Shown: piece by piece, positions 53,165-64,000 of the stretch
Numbering within the stretch: the stretch's first letter is position 1
How the letters are laid out: every line of letters begins with the position of its first letter
Assembly (NCBI GenBank): GCA_034520965.1
Contig: JAXHMY010000003.1
Coordinates: 352,001-416,000 of the forward strand
Direction of reading: 5' to 3'
Length of the DNA: 64,000 bases
DNA from: Spirochaetia bacterium
GTDB lineage: Bacteria; Spirochaetota; Spirochaetia; DSM-16054; Sediminispirochaetaceae
Notes under the pieces: generated by a model
The model's database searches: none
Seen by the model: only the letters and a program-made list of their open reading frames with translations
What the model was told of the DNA's origin: nothing
Made by a program: the position numbers and the translations under genes

Positions 53165-55941
53165 ACTTACTTGTTGGGTAAATCATAAGCAGGTAACCGT
53201 ATCTGTTGAACCAGGAGAAATGCTTTCGGACATTATCCGCTATAGTTTGGGCTTGACCGGGACCAAAGTCAGCTGCAATGAAGCAGAATGCGGTGCCTGC
53301 ACCGTGTTGGTGGACTCCGTCCCTGTTCTCTCCTGTAATTATCCCGCACTAAAAGCCCAGGGAAAGAAAATTGTAACCATTGAAGGCTTGGAAGATAAGG
53401 GAACCCTGCATCCCCTGCAGGAAGCGTTTATCAAATACGGTGCCTCCCAGTGCGGCTTTTGCACCCCCGGGCAGATTATGACGGCAGCAGCCTTATTGGA
53501 AGAAAAACCCGAACCTACCCGGGAGGATATTGAATACGCCTTGAACGATACCCTCTGCCGCTGCGGGGCTTATCCGGCGATCACTAACGCCGTTCTGGCT
53601 GCAGCAGATTACATTCAGCACGGGAAACCAATTGAGTTCCCGAGCCTTGAGTTTGAAGGGGAACTGGATGTAGTCGGACAAACTGTACAGCGACCGGAGG
53701 CAGTGGAAAAAGTTACCGGCAAGGCGGTGTATACCGATGATATCACCTTTCCGGATATGCTTTACGGAGCGACCCTCAGAGCGGGAATTCCCCATGGAAA
53801 AATCCTATCGCTGGATACTTCCCGGGCAAAGAAGCTGAAAGGTGTCCGTGCGGTGTTGACGGCCGAGGATATTCCAGGACGAATTAACCACGGGCTGATC
53901 GTTCAGGATTGGCCCGCCCTGGTGGGAGTTGGAGAAAAGGTCCGTTATGTCGGCGATGCAGTGGCCGTGGTGGCTGCGGATACCCGGCATATTGCCGCAA
54001 AAGCGCTGACGTTGATTGATGTAGAATATGAACCGCTCCCGATTGTCACTGATCCTGTGGCTGCTAAAGAGCCGGATGCGCCCCTGGTTCATGAAGAGGG
54101 GAATTTGCTCAAGCATATCAAAGTAGATAAAGGAGATATAGTGCAGGGATTCGCTGAAGCGGATATCATCATGGAAGATCTTTTTACTACCCCAACGTAC
54201 GAGCATGCCTTCATGGAGCCGGAGTGCAGTATCGCCCGGATCACTGAGGATGATCGGGTGGAAGTGTATGTCGGTTCTCAGATTCCCTATTCAGACCGTG
54301 ATCAGATCGCCGCTGCACTAAATATCCCCAAGGAACAAGTCCGAGTCAGAGGGCCTTTGATTGGGGGCGGCTTCGGAGGGAAAGAGGATATAGCCGGCCA
54401 GATCCATGCTGCATTGCTTTCACGGGCGACTCGGAAACCGGTCAAAGTTCTGTATGACCGCCACGAAAGCATGCTGGTTCACCCCAAACGACATGCTACC
54501 CGGATCCGTGTAAAACTGGGGCTTAAGAAAGACGGTACTATCACAGCCGCTCAAACCGAGCTTTACGGCGACACCGGGGCTTATGCCTCCCTGGGCGCTA
54601 AGGTGATGGGCCGGGCAACCACCCATTCTACCGGGCCTTACATAGTGCCGAACGTCAAAATTGACTGCTATGCAATGTACACCAATAATCCCCCGGCTGG
54701 TGCCTTCCGGGGGTTTGGGGCTCTGCAGGCGGATTTCGCCATTGAGGTTATGATTGACCAGGCGGCGGAAGAATTAAAACTGGATCCTGATAGAACTCAG
54801 GCGGAAAAATGTCCTTAGAACCGGATCGATTACCAACACCGGGCAGTATTTGAAGGACAGCGTCGGCCTGCTGGAATGTATAGAAAAAACCGAAACAGCT
54901 ATGCGTGAGTATCTGCCGGAGGGAGATCTTTTCCGCTCCCGCCCTGTCCCCGGGGTACCCGATAAACGCCGAGCCTGGGGCTATGCGCTGGCTTTCAAAA
55001 ACACAGGCCTTGGCGAGGGGGCTCCGGATAAAGCTACCGCCGAAGTCGAACTGCTTCAGGATGGAACTGTAGAAGTGCGTACCTCCTCTGCCGAAATCGG
55101 GCAGGGCTTGGTCACTGTACTGCAAATGGTCACCGCTCAGGAACTGGGAATGAAACTTGATCAGGTCAAAGTGCTGCTGTCGGACACCGATTTGACCCCT
55201 GATGGGGGACCAACCACCGGCTCCAGGCAAACCTATATCTCCGGCAACGCGGCTAAGTACGCTTCAATTACTTTGCGAAAAGCGATGCTGGCCACCATTG
55301 CTGAAAAATACGATATTGCTTACGACAAAGCATACGAAGAAATCTCCATCATTGATGGTTCAGCCCGGATAAACCGGAAGAGCCTTTCCTTTGCAGAGAT
55401 CGGGAAGGCAATGCGGGAGAAAGGCCGGGACCCAAAATTTGAGTATGAATACTGGGCTCCGGAAACTACACCGCTGGGTGAAGAAGGGGATAAACACTTT
55501 GCTTATTCCTTTGCGGCCCAAGCGATAGAGGTGGAAGTCGATCTTAAAACCGGTGAGGTTGAGGTGCTCAAAGCCGTCGCTGCTACCGATGTCGGGAAAG
55601 CCATCAACCCTTTGGGTTTGCAGGGACAAGTCGAGGGCGGAACCATCATGGGCTTAGGTCATGCGCTTACCGAGGAGTTCATACTGGAAAACGGACGGGT
55701 AATCACTGATCATCTTTCCAGGTATCGGATGCCTTCTATCAAGCACGTACCCGAGGTAATGAAATCCTTTATCGTTGAAGACCCCACCGCGGATGGGCCT
55801 TACGGAGCAAAAGGGGTTGGCGAAATCTCTACCATGCCGGTTCCCCCGGCAGTGGTCAACGCAGTGTATAATGCAACGGGGGTCCGTTTTAAACGGCTGC
55901 CCGTGGACCAGGACTGGCTGGCCCGCCGGCTTCAGGACTGA
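53157..55941 (+). CDS. Molybdenum hydroxylase, fused [2Fe-2S] and Moco-binding subunit (frameshift near 54789)
   Basis: C-x4-CGAC, QCGFCTPG, LCRC, GGGFGGK, AFRGFG, EIGQG, GQVEGG, AKGVGE. Confidence 0.9.
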
Positions 55942-55999
55942 CCGCACTGTCGGCACCTGGAGTACTTGATAACGAGTGTACGCAATATAATATACCCGT

Positions 56000-56371
56000 C
56001 TATCTAGGCTTCAACTCCGGGAACTCGTAATACACTATTCCCGCATCATCTACTTCCATGCGAATTCGCACACCGTCGGCCATAGATTCCAGCATCTTTT
56101 CAGCCTTTTTCGGTTCAATACCCATATCCGTAACTACATCGGAAACTGTAATTGTACCACTAAGTTTTGCGGCTAAGCGATATATCGATGTTTCAACAGA
56201 TTCTTGCCCCCGCCCATAGGCTTCAGTCCTATCGGCAGAAGCGTGCTGCCTATTGGGTTTGGAATTAAAGAAACGGCGCATAATAAAATATCCGGCCACA
56301 CCAATTATCAGCCACAGAAAAGGGCCTCCCATAAAAAAAGGAAAACCAAAGCCAAATCCATTCATCATCAT
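56000..56371 (-). CDS. Hypothetical membrane protein with winged-helix-like C-terminus
   Basis: AGGAG RBS, MMMNGFGFGFPFFMGG, TM helix, IYRLAAKLSGTITVSD...YEFPEL. Confidence 0.7.
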   Translation of the reverse strand: MMMNGFGFGFPFFMGGPFLWLIIGVAGYFIMRRFFNSKPNRQHASADRTEAYGRGQESVETSIYRLAAKLSGTITVSDVVTDMGIEPKKAEKMLESMADGVRIRMEVDDAGIVYYEFPELKPR

Positions 56372-56459
56372 ATTAAGTGCTCCTATAGGGCGGTTATAGT
56401 TTCTTACTCTAAAGTATAGTAAAATTGTAAACAAAATGTGAAGGAGATGTAGATTATTC

Positions 56460-56488
56460 TTGACAATTCAAGTAAGTTTTTATATACT
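56460..56488 (+). promoter_or_regulatory. sigma70 promoter of rrf2-cysK
   Basis: TTGACA-N17-TATACT. Confidence 0.75.
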
Positions 56489-56535
56489 TCTTTGTAGACC
56501 TCTTTGGTAGTATTTACGTAAGTTTTGGAGGATGT

Positions 56536-56946
56536 ATGAAAATGTCTACCCGCAGCCGATACGGATTACGATTCATGTTTGAGCTGGCACTTCACTATAA
56601 AGAGGGACCGGTTTTACTTAGGGATATTGCTGAGCGTCATAACATTTCAGAAAAATATCTGAGTAAACTGGTTATCCCCCTTAAAGGGATCGGACTTATC
56701 AATACCTATAGAGGCGCTCATGGCGGGTACAGCCTTGCAATTGAGCCGGAAAAAATCACGGTCAAACAGATCGTCGATGTACTGGAGGGTGATACATCCT
56801 CGGTAGAGTGCATACAGGATCCATTGGATCCTACATGGGAAGTGTGGAGCGGGCTTGATAAAACCATTTCGGATTACCTGGAGAGTATAAATTTGGAAAC
56901 TGTGGTTCAGAATAACCGGAACCGTCAATTTACCTATGTTATATAG
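56536..56946 (+). CDS. Rrf2-family regulator, CymR-like
   Basis: STRSRYGLR, ISEKYL, RGAHGGY; only one Cys; adjacent to cysK. Confidence 0.88.
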   Translation: MKMSTRSRYGLRFMFELALHYKEGPVLLRDIAERHNISEKYLSKLVIPLKGIGLINTYRGAHGGYSLAIEPEKITVKQIVDVLEGDTSSVECIQDPLDPTWEVWSGLDKTISDYLESINLETVVQNNRNRQFTYVI

Positions 56947-56974
56947 GTGTTCAAAGTAAAGGGAGTCACACAGT

Positions 56975-57904
56975 ATGAATATTGCAGAGAACATTACAGA
57001 ATTAATCGGCAATACCCCCCTCGTCCGCATCAATAAGCTTAACAAGGGTGGTACCGCAAAAGTGGCAGTAAAACTTGAGTCCTTCAACCCGCTATCCAGT
57101 GTCAAAGATCGCATCGGCTTTGCCATGGTCGAAGAAGCTGAGGAACGCGGTCTGTTGCACCACGGTTCAGTAATTATCGAACCGACCAGTGGAAACACAG
57201 GAATTGCACTTGCCTATGTGGGCGCCGCAAAGGGATACAAAGTTATCCTTACTATGCCCGATACGATGAGCGTTGAACGGCGGAAACTCTTAAAAGCCTT
57301 AGGGGCGGAGATTGTGCTAACCGACGGGAAACTGGGCATGAAAGGCGCCATCGCAAAAGCCGAAGAGTTGCAAGCTTCCATTGAAGAAAGCTTTATACCT
57401 CAGCAGTTTACAAATCCGGCAAATCCCGATATGCACCGTAAAACTACCGCGGATGAGATTTGGAGAGATACTGAGGGCAGCGTCGACATTTTTGTTGCCG
57501 GGGTCGGGACCGGCGGAACCATTACCGGTGTAGGCGAGGAATTGAAAAAACGCAAACCAACAGTGCAGGTGGTAGCAGTTGAGCCGGAAAAATCTCCAGT
57601 TATCTCGGGGGGAGAACCGGGTCCCCATAAAATTCAGGGAATCGGAGCAGGATTTCTACCGGAGGTGCTGAATACAGATGTAATCGATGAGGTTATTAGA
57701 ATAAAGGACGAGTCCGCCGGTGAAGTTACGCGGAGCTTAGCCGTTGAAGAGGGAATACTAGTCGGGGTTTCATCGGGAGCCGCCCTCCAGGCTGCTCTGG
57801 AGCTGGCGAAACGTCCCGAGAACAGCGGCAAGCTCATTGTCGCTCTGCTGCCGGATGCCGGAGAAAGGTACCTTTCAACCTGGTTGTTCGACAGCGAAGA
57901 ATAA
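56975..57904 (+). CDS. cysK: Cysteine synthase A
   Basis: IGNTPLV, SVKDR (PLP Lys), PTSGNTG, GVGTGGT, HKIQGIG, ERYLST. Confidence 0.97.
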   Translation: MNIAENITELIGNTPLVRINKLNKGGTAKVAVKLESFNPLSSVKDRIGFAMVEEAEERGLLHHGSVIIEPTSGNTGIALAYVGAAKGYKVILTMPDTMSVERRKLLKALGAEIVLTDGKLGMKGAIAKAEELQASIEESFIPQQFTNPANPDMHRKTTADEIWRDTEGSVDIFVAGVGTGGTITGVGEELKKRKPTVQVVAVEPEKSPVISGGEPGPHKIQGIGAGFLPEVLNTDVIDEVIRIKDESAGEVTRSLAVEEGILVGVSSGAALQAALELAKRPENSGKLIVALLPDAGERYLSTWLFDSEE

Positions 57905-57941
57905 TCATATACTGCAGGTGGACGTAGGCGGAGTTTTCTTG

Positions 57942-58058
57942 CGGTAATATTTTGCTTCGTAGCGGCGGAGGATAACCCCACTAATTCCCTGCCGGTAATA
58001 TTTTTAGTTTACTATAGCGGCGGAGGATAACGATTAAATTACGGTAATATTTTTAGCG
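57942..58058 (+). repeat. Degenerate ~50-bp repeat downstream of cysK
   Basis: CGGTAATATTTT x3 (57942, 57993, 58042) and TAGCGGCGGAGGATAAC x2 (57960, 58015). Confidence 0.75.
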
Positions 58059-58142
58059 GAATATACTATTCTGCTATGACAAAATCTGACACCGAAAGGT
58101 CAAGAGCTAACCTTTGTTCTCCCAGACTGTAAGGAACTGCTG

Positions 58143-59613
58143 ATGATAAAGTATAGAAATATGAGTTTGCTGCATATCAAAGCATTGCTCTTGGGCGTTA
58201 TTGCCATGAGTCTTCTTGCATTCGCCGTAAGATGGTATTACCAAAGGCGAAACTCCCAGGAAGAGTCCCACTTACAGTCTCAAAGGATTCACTATCTCGA
58301 TGTGATGCTCTGGTCCCCTGACTTTGTTGAAAAGCAGAAGTTTTCTTTCCCGAAATCCAAAATAACGGCCGGAAATGCTCAAGATGCCGACCTCAAATTG
58401 CCGAGACGGAAAGGAAATACCGGACCAGACAATTTTTCCATCGAAATTACGGAGCATGGAGTTTTCTTTAGCGCTTCGCATTTTCTCCTGGTAAACGGGG
58501 TTGCTGCGAAGCAAAAAAAACTTTCACCGGGAAGCAGAATTGCGTGGGGCTCAGAACGAATTCTTTTTCAAGGTACCCATAGTGTCCCCATATACCCTGA
58601 AAAAAAGCCGGATTTCCTTCCTGCATACAGTATCCCCATTTTTGTAGTATTGCTCACTCTTGCTGCGGGTCTTGCACTGCAAAATCTCTCCGGTACTAGA
58701 GAGGCTACTATACCGGGGGGAGAATCAGAAAGCAGCACTGCAATTATTAAAACAGATTATCCGACTCTTCATGATGGTAGCAAGGAGTACGGAGGACTCC
58801 CCCTGCTCAAGCCACGCATGATTAAACCCGGCGAAACACCGGAGTTTTTCGATGCGGATATCATGTGCATCCACGCTCACCCGGATGACGAATCGATAGA
58901 TTTTGGGGGCTTCACGGCTAAAGCATCACGGCACGGGAAAAGGATTGTTACTGTTCTTTTTACTGATGGGGAGTCCGGCGTTGTAAGGAGTGACTTCCCT
59001 GGTCAATATCCCTCACCTCGTGAGCTGGCGGTAATCAGAGTAGGAGAAACCGAAAGAGCTCTGAGCCACCTTGCTGTTGCAGAGTACGTGCGTTTGGGTT
59101 TGAAAAATCACCCCTATAGCAGCAGTACACAAGTTCTGGGTAAAGCAGAAGTGCTTAAGGCTTGGGGAGGGGAAGCGGACCTTATAACAACCCTTATAGA
59201 ATTGATCCGGGGGTACAGCCCTTCAGTTATCCTCTCTCCCAAAAACGACAGTGAAGCGCACGAGCATTTCGAACACAAAACGGTAGGATACCTTGTTAGC
59301 AAAGCCATCGACCAACTAATGGAAGAAGGCCAGAGCTCCATCAAGGGACACCTGGTTCCGGTCGATGCCATGGAAAATACTATAGGAGATGCGCACTACC
59401 CCGCAGTAGTGGGGATTTCGATGATGGAAACCGGAAAACCCGGCAGCTCTGCCGAGGAGAATTAAAGCTCAGGCTCTGCGCCAACACCGGACCCAAAGGG
59501 ATGCTTCGATTATAGCACTTGCCCATACACTTGACGTGCTGCACGAATATTATAGTATTAAATTGTGGAACTACCCTATAACTGTAGAGGAGTATCTCTC
59601 AGGCAATGAATAG
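58143..59613 (+). CDS. Membrane-anchored PIG-L family deacetylase with FHA-like N-terminal segment (frameshift near 59440)
   Basis: HAHPDDE, TDGE, HFEH; shifted frame gives KAQALRQHRTQ; two TM segments. Confidence 0.8.
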
Positions 59614-60691
59614 AAAAAGAACACAAGTACACGGATTTCTCTTAATTGTCCCAGTTGGAATGGCTTTAATCTTACTTCTGAGCGGATGCGCCTCCACCGC
59701 ATCTGTAGATGAGGAATTTGACAAAGAAACAGCAAAATATAGCTTCGAATACCGTATAGCCCCCTGGTATGGGTTTAGCCCTTCGGCTTGTTCCATAACC
59801 TTCGATGATGGTACCCTCGACCAATATCTTATAGCCTTTCCCGAACTGGAGAAGCGAAATATTAGGGCCACTTTTTTCCTCATTACCGATCCGCGGGAAA
59901 CCGGGATATGGGAAGACGGATCTATCAAAAGATTGCTGTTTTCTTGGGAACAAGCCCGAACCATTACCGCAGCTGGTCATGAAATCGCAAGCCACAGTAG
60001 CACACATACCGATTTATCCGGAAGAACCGTTAATGCATATAGAGAATTTGAAAAATCGAGAGATACAATAAGGATGCACATTCCTGCACTTCCAAAGGGA
60101 ATGACCCTCAGCTGGCCGTACTGGCGCAGTAGCGCTGCAACCCAGGAAATCGCACATACCTACTTTATCGGGGCAAGATCAGGCGGTGGAAGGCTAAGCC
60201 ATTATCCCCACAGATTCGGCGGTATCCCCCAAAAGACTCCGCAGAACTTCTACCAGATCAATTCTATGCGGATAAGTGAAAAATTCGATATTCGGGAGAT
60301 GAAGAGACTCGGGAACCAAGTCTTCGAGGAAGGGAACTGGTTAATAGGCGGTTTTCACGGCATCGACGACGGCAACATCCCCAAAGATGCTCTTGGCTGG
60401 GATCCTCTTTCGCTCCACAACTTTAAGGCTGTGCTCGATTACATTGAAACTAAGGATTTTTGGATTGCCCCATTTGGAAATGTGCTCCGATATATAAAAG
60501 AAAGAGACGCCGCATCGGTAAGACTACTAGGGCATTCACCCACTACCATAACCTTTTCGGTGGAAGATGACCTGGAAGATGAAGTGTTTTCACAGCCCCT
60601 CAGTATTGAGTTCGTTGTACCGGAACAATGGCGTGCAGTAGAAATCTACCGCAACGGTATTTACGATTCCCGCAGGTGTGATATCGCCTGA
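59606..60691 (+). CDS. Polysaccharide deacetylase lipoprotein
   Basis: Lipobox LSGC, ITFDDG, ATFF, HEIASHSSTH. Confidence 0.88.
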   Translation: MNRKRTQVHGFLLIVPVGMALILLLSGCASTASVDEEFDKETAKYSFEYRIAPWYGFSPSACSITFDDGTLDQYLIAFPELEKRNIRATFFLITDPRETGIWEDGSIKRLLFSWEQARTITAAGHEIASHSSTHTDLSGRTVNAYREFEKSRDTIRMHIPALPKGMTLSWPYWRSSAATQEIAHTYFIGARSGGGRLSHYPHRFGGIPQKTPQNFYQINSMRISEKFDIREMKRLGNQVFEEGNWLIGGFHGIDDGNIPKDALGWDPLSLHNFKAVLDYIETKDFWIAPFGNVLRYIKERDAASVRLLGHSPTTITFSVEDDLEDEVFSQPLSIEFVVPEQWRAVEIYRNGIYDSRRCDIA

Positions 60692-60769
60692 TGGGAGTGA
60701 GATTGTATTCGTGGGGCAGCTTTACACTGCTAATCAGAGACGATAGTCCTGTTATTGTCTATGAAAATA

Positions 60770-60798
60770 CGGAGGGCTTCTGTTCCAGAAGCCCTCCG
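60770..60798. terminator. Hairpin downstream of cheW copy 3
   Basis: CGGAGGGCTTCTG-TTC-CAGAAGCCCTCCG between convergent genes. Confidence 0.7.
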
Positions 60799-60822
60799 CA
60801 GCATAATAAAAAGAATCGTGGT

Positions 60823-61335
60823 TTAACTCACTCCGGACTGGATAGACTCGATCTCCTCTTGTCCTACAAGTTTTTGCATGTCAAGCAATATTATTACCTG
60901 GTCTTCCAGTTTTCCCAAGCCGGCAATATACTTTTGCTTTCCTCCGTCCTCTTGAAAACTCGGGGGCGGATCGATGTCCTTCTCTGGAATGTCCACTACT
61001 TCGGTGGCTGTATCTACTATAAAACCGATTGAGTAGTTTTTTATATTGACCACGGTTATCACCGTGCGGTCATCAAACTCCTTCCACTCCATTCCAAAAC
61101 GAAGACGGAAATCAATTACGGGTATCACATTGCCCCGCAGGTTTATTACTCCCCGTACGTACTCGGGCATGTCCGGCACTTCGGTTATCCTCTGCATTTC
61201 TATGATGTCGGTTACATGTTGTATGTCGATCCCGTAGGTCTCGTTTCCGATCTTGCACATGAGAAACTTGTTTTCTTGGATCTCATCATCGGTCTCATCA
61301 AAAAAATCACTGTCCTGCATTTCGTCTTTACTCAT
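60823..61335 (-). CDS. cheW: CheW (copy 3)
   Basis: Close paralog of copies 1 and 2. Confidence 0.95.
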   Translation of the reverse strand: MSKDEMQDSDFFDETDDEIQENKFLMCKIGNETYGIDIQHVTDIIEMQRITEVPDMPEYVRGVINLRGNVIPVIDFRLRFGMEWKEFDDRTVITVVNIKNYSIGFIVDTATEVVDIPEKDIDPPPSFQEDGGKQKYIAGLGKLEDQVIILLDMQKLVGQEEIESIQSGVS

Positions 61336-61373
61336 AGTCGCCTCCAGCGCCTCCTTGTATTCTTAGGACCTTC

Positions 61374-64000
61374 TTAGAACCGGTCAAAATCATCATCTTC
61401 AAGGGATATCTGATCTTCCGGCTTTACCGGAGTAATCCCGGTCTCGCTCTTAGACTTTTGGTTGCTTCCGCCCCATCCTCCGGCAGTATTCTGCTGAGGC
61501 TTTTTACGGGCCTGCTGCTGATGTCCGAGATTTTTCAGATGACTTCCCTGGGTAAGGAGCTGCTGTTCCCCGCTGCTGTAACGCTCATCAAGCTGGAATT
61601 CTGCCACCATGCTGCGAAGCTGCTGGGCCTGTCCGGCAAGCTCTTCTGAAGCTGAGGCACTCTCCTCGGCACTGGCGGTACTCGCCTGGGTCGCCTCGTC
61701 TATCTGATCGAGTCCTTCAGTTATCTGTTCAATGGCCTGGGCCTGTTCCCGGCTCGCCTGGGCAATCTCCTCTAAGAAGTTGGCCACCTTTCCCGAGCCT
61801 TCTACTATCGCGGTAAGCTGCTTGTTCGTCGCCTCGGCCGCTTCGGTACCCTGTTTGATGTTGGTGACTGTGTCCTCCACCATCTGGGTGGTCTCTTTTA
61901 CAGAGTCGGTACTCTTTACTGCCAGGTTCCGCACCTCGTCCGCCACTACCGCAAAGCCCTTTCCGTACTTGCCTGCCCGCGCTGCTTCTACGTTTGCATT
62001 GAGGGCAAGGAGGTTGATCTGGAAGGCAATGTCGTCAATTACCTTTACCACCTTGTTAATCTCATCGCTGGAAGCGTTTATCTTCTCCATGCTCTCGGCG
62101 AGCTGCTGCATCTGCTGGTTGCCCTTCTCCGCGTCCTCGGTGGCCTGTTTGGCTATTCCGTGGGCCTCGGTGGCGTTTTCCGCATTCTGCTTGCTCTGGC
62201 TGTTTATCTCGTTGGTGGAACTGGTTATCTCTTCGAGGCTGCTGGCCTGTTCGGTGGCCCCCTGGCTGAGGTTCTGGCTGGCCTGACTTACCTGGTCGGC
62301 TCCGCTGTTTACCTGCTCTACCGAGCTGTTGACCTGGCCGAGCAGCTCGTTCAGGGCACTGACCATCTGCTGGAAGGATTTTCCAAGGGTATCCTGTTCC
62401 GAAGATACCGAGGCTTGGACCCGAAGGTTTTTATTCGCTATTTTCTCGGCGATCTCCGCTTTTTCCGTCTGATAGTCAATTACACTGGAGAAGGAATCTC
62501 CTATAACTCCCAGCTCATCACTTCTCTCTCGTTTAATCTTGTCGAACTCGTTCTGGATTTACACTCGAGAGGCTAATGTCGCCTATCGCAAGGTTTTGTG
62601 CTCCCGCAACAAGCAGTAGTATCGGCTTCGATATCGTCCTCGCAAAGAGTACCGCCGCTACAATAGCGATAAGGATCATCACCAGGGCGCTTATGAGGAT
62701 AAACATGGTAAGGGCATTAATCGGCTCGCGCACCTCCGCCTCGTCTATCTCCGACATGAGGGCCCACTGCGTGTCGTATACCTCGACCGGTCCATAGGCC
62801 GAGAGCACCGGATTGCCGTTGTAGTCGATAATGATTTTTGCGTCGGTTTCTCCGGCCAGCGCAGAGTTGGCTGCCTCAGTATCGACGCTTCCCGTGGATG
62901 GACGGGCAAAGGAGGCCGTTACGCTGTGGTTCTCCGGGTCGAGATAGGAATCCGACCGCATGAGTTTTTTCGGTCCTACGAGGTAGCTCTCTCCGGACTC
63001 TCCCATGCCGGTGCGTTCCCGCATGATCGAGTTTACCCGGTCCAGGGGCAGCTGCAGGGCGACGATGAGTTCCACATCTCCCTGACGAACGATAGGCTGA
63101 GCGATAAAGGAGGCCGGCTCACCGCCGGAGGGCTCGTAGGGGCTGAAGTCACCGAAACCAAAATCCTGGGTATCTATAGATTCCCGTACCGCCTCTCCCA
63201 AACTTGAGTCTGCATACTGCCCATCTATGATGTTGGTCCCGTAATCGGCCTCTTGCGCGACAGTGTAGAAGATCCTTCCCTCGGGATGGATGAGAAAAAG
63301 GTCGGAGTAGCCGTACTCATCGATGTATTCGGTAAAGTAGTCGCCCGTCCGCCCCTTGAGGGTCGGCACAATCGCCTCTTCCATATTCATCTTGCTAATC
63401 ATTACAAAATCGTAGCCATCGACAGTAACCGGAGAGTAGACGACCATGACCAGTTCTCCCGCGCTGTCGGTAAATACCTCCGAGCCCTCTCTTCCTTCAA
63501 AGGCTAGCTCTAAATACGCGGGGGCAATGTCGGTGGCATCGTAGCCGAAGACGAAGTCGCCCCCTCCCATAGTCTCCATCGCACTGCGGAAATACATACG
63601 TCCGTCTACCTGTTCCATAAGATAGCTCTCGCCGGTCTCTCCCATACCCGTACGGTTATCGAAAATTCGGTTCATAGCCCGGTTAAAGGTGCTGTCCGGG
63701 CTTATGTCGTTTCGGCTAACCTCGTTTGTGCGAAAGTAATTCTCCACCGCATCCCTTTTGTTAGAATGTACCGCCTGGAGCTTCCTGAATGCGGCTTGGC
63801 GTATGGACCCCACCGTCTCGTTGAGCACATTCATGTCACCCCTGCGCTCCCCGAAGTAGTTCTCGATCTGACCCTTTTTAATCTCCCGTATTGCCGACAG
63901 CTGCCCGTACTGCGCCTCCATAAGAGAATCGGTAGACTGCTGCACCGCTAAAAAGGTGACCACTCCTATGGCAAGGGCCACCACAACCACAAACATCAGG
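61374..64000 (-). CDS. MCP with Cache-like periplasmic sensor (copy 3; frameshift near 62555; 5' end outside window)
   Basis: Signalling domain nearly identical to copies 1 and 2; sensor with [17 protein letters not shown], two GMGE.GESYL repeats. Confidence 0.88.

Noticed and set aside
52244..55941. Specific substrate or selenocysteine recoding for the Mo hydroxylase
   Set aside because: The break is a frame change, not an in-frame TGA; substrate cannot be assigned from sequence by eye
57942..58058. Mini CRISPR array
   Set aside because: Repeats are short, degenerate and split; linkers too short for spacers

Overview
Bacterial DNA, most likely from a free-living anaerobic spirochaete (inferred from gene style; not verified). 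1-13.9 kb is housekeeping: tig-clpP-clpX-lon, a DHH phosphoesterase, a sigma-factor-like gene behind a consensus sigma54 promoter, rdgB, pepF, three minus-strand enzymes and tRNA-Leu(GAG). About 14-44 kb is an accessory signalling and mobile-element region. It holds an IS21 element with a 6-bp target duplication splitting a CHASE-PAS-GAF kinase, MCP+cheW cassettes with a CZB zinc-binding domain inside the periplasmic sensor, and a stand-alone CarH-motif B12-binding protein in an operon with a kinase, a globin-like protein and a hybrid regulator. It also holds a TGT...ACA three-gene transposon (Zn-finger ORF, DDE transposase, AAA ATPase) whose catalytic Asp codon is interrupted by a three-recombinase RIT element. 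The RIT ends resolve into two symmetric crossover sites whose 6-bp spacers (CCTCGA, CCTTGA) match synonymous spellings of the target Tyr-Leu-Asp codons; this is the strongest candidate for undescribed biology here. 44-64 kb carries a copper-type two-component/SHOCT/DUF302/P1B-ATPase cluster, a xanthine-dehydrogenase-family enzyme, rrf2-cysK, two deacetylases and a third MCP+cheW cassette. Many genes have single-base frameshifts that are probably sequencing errors. All family assignments come from motif recognition by eye; no searches were run.
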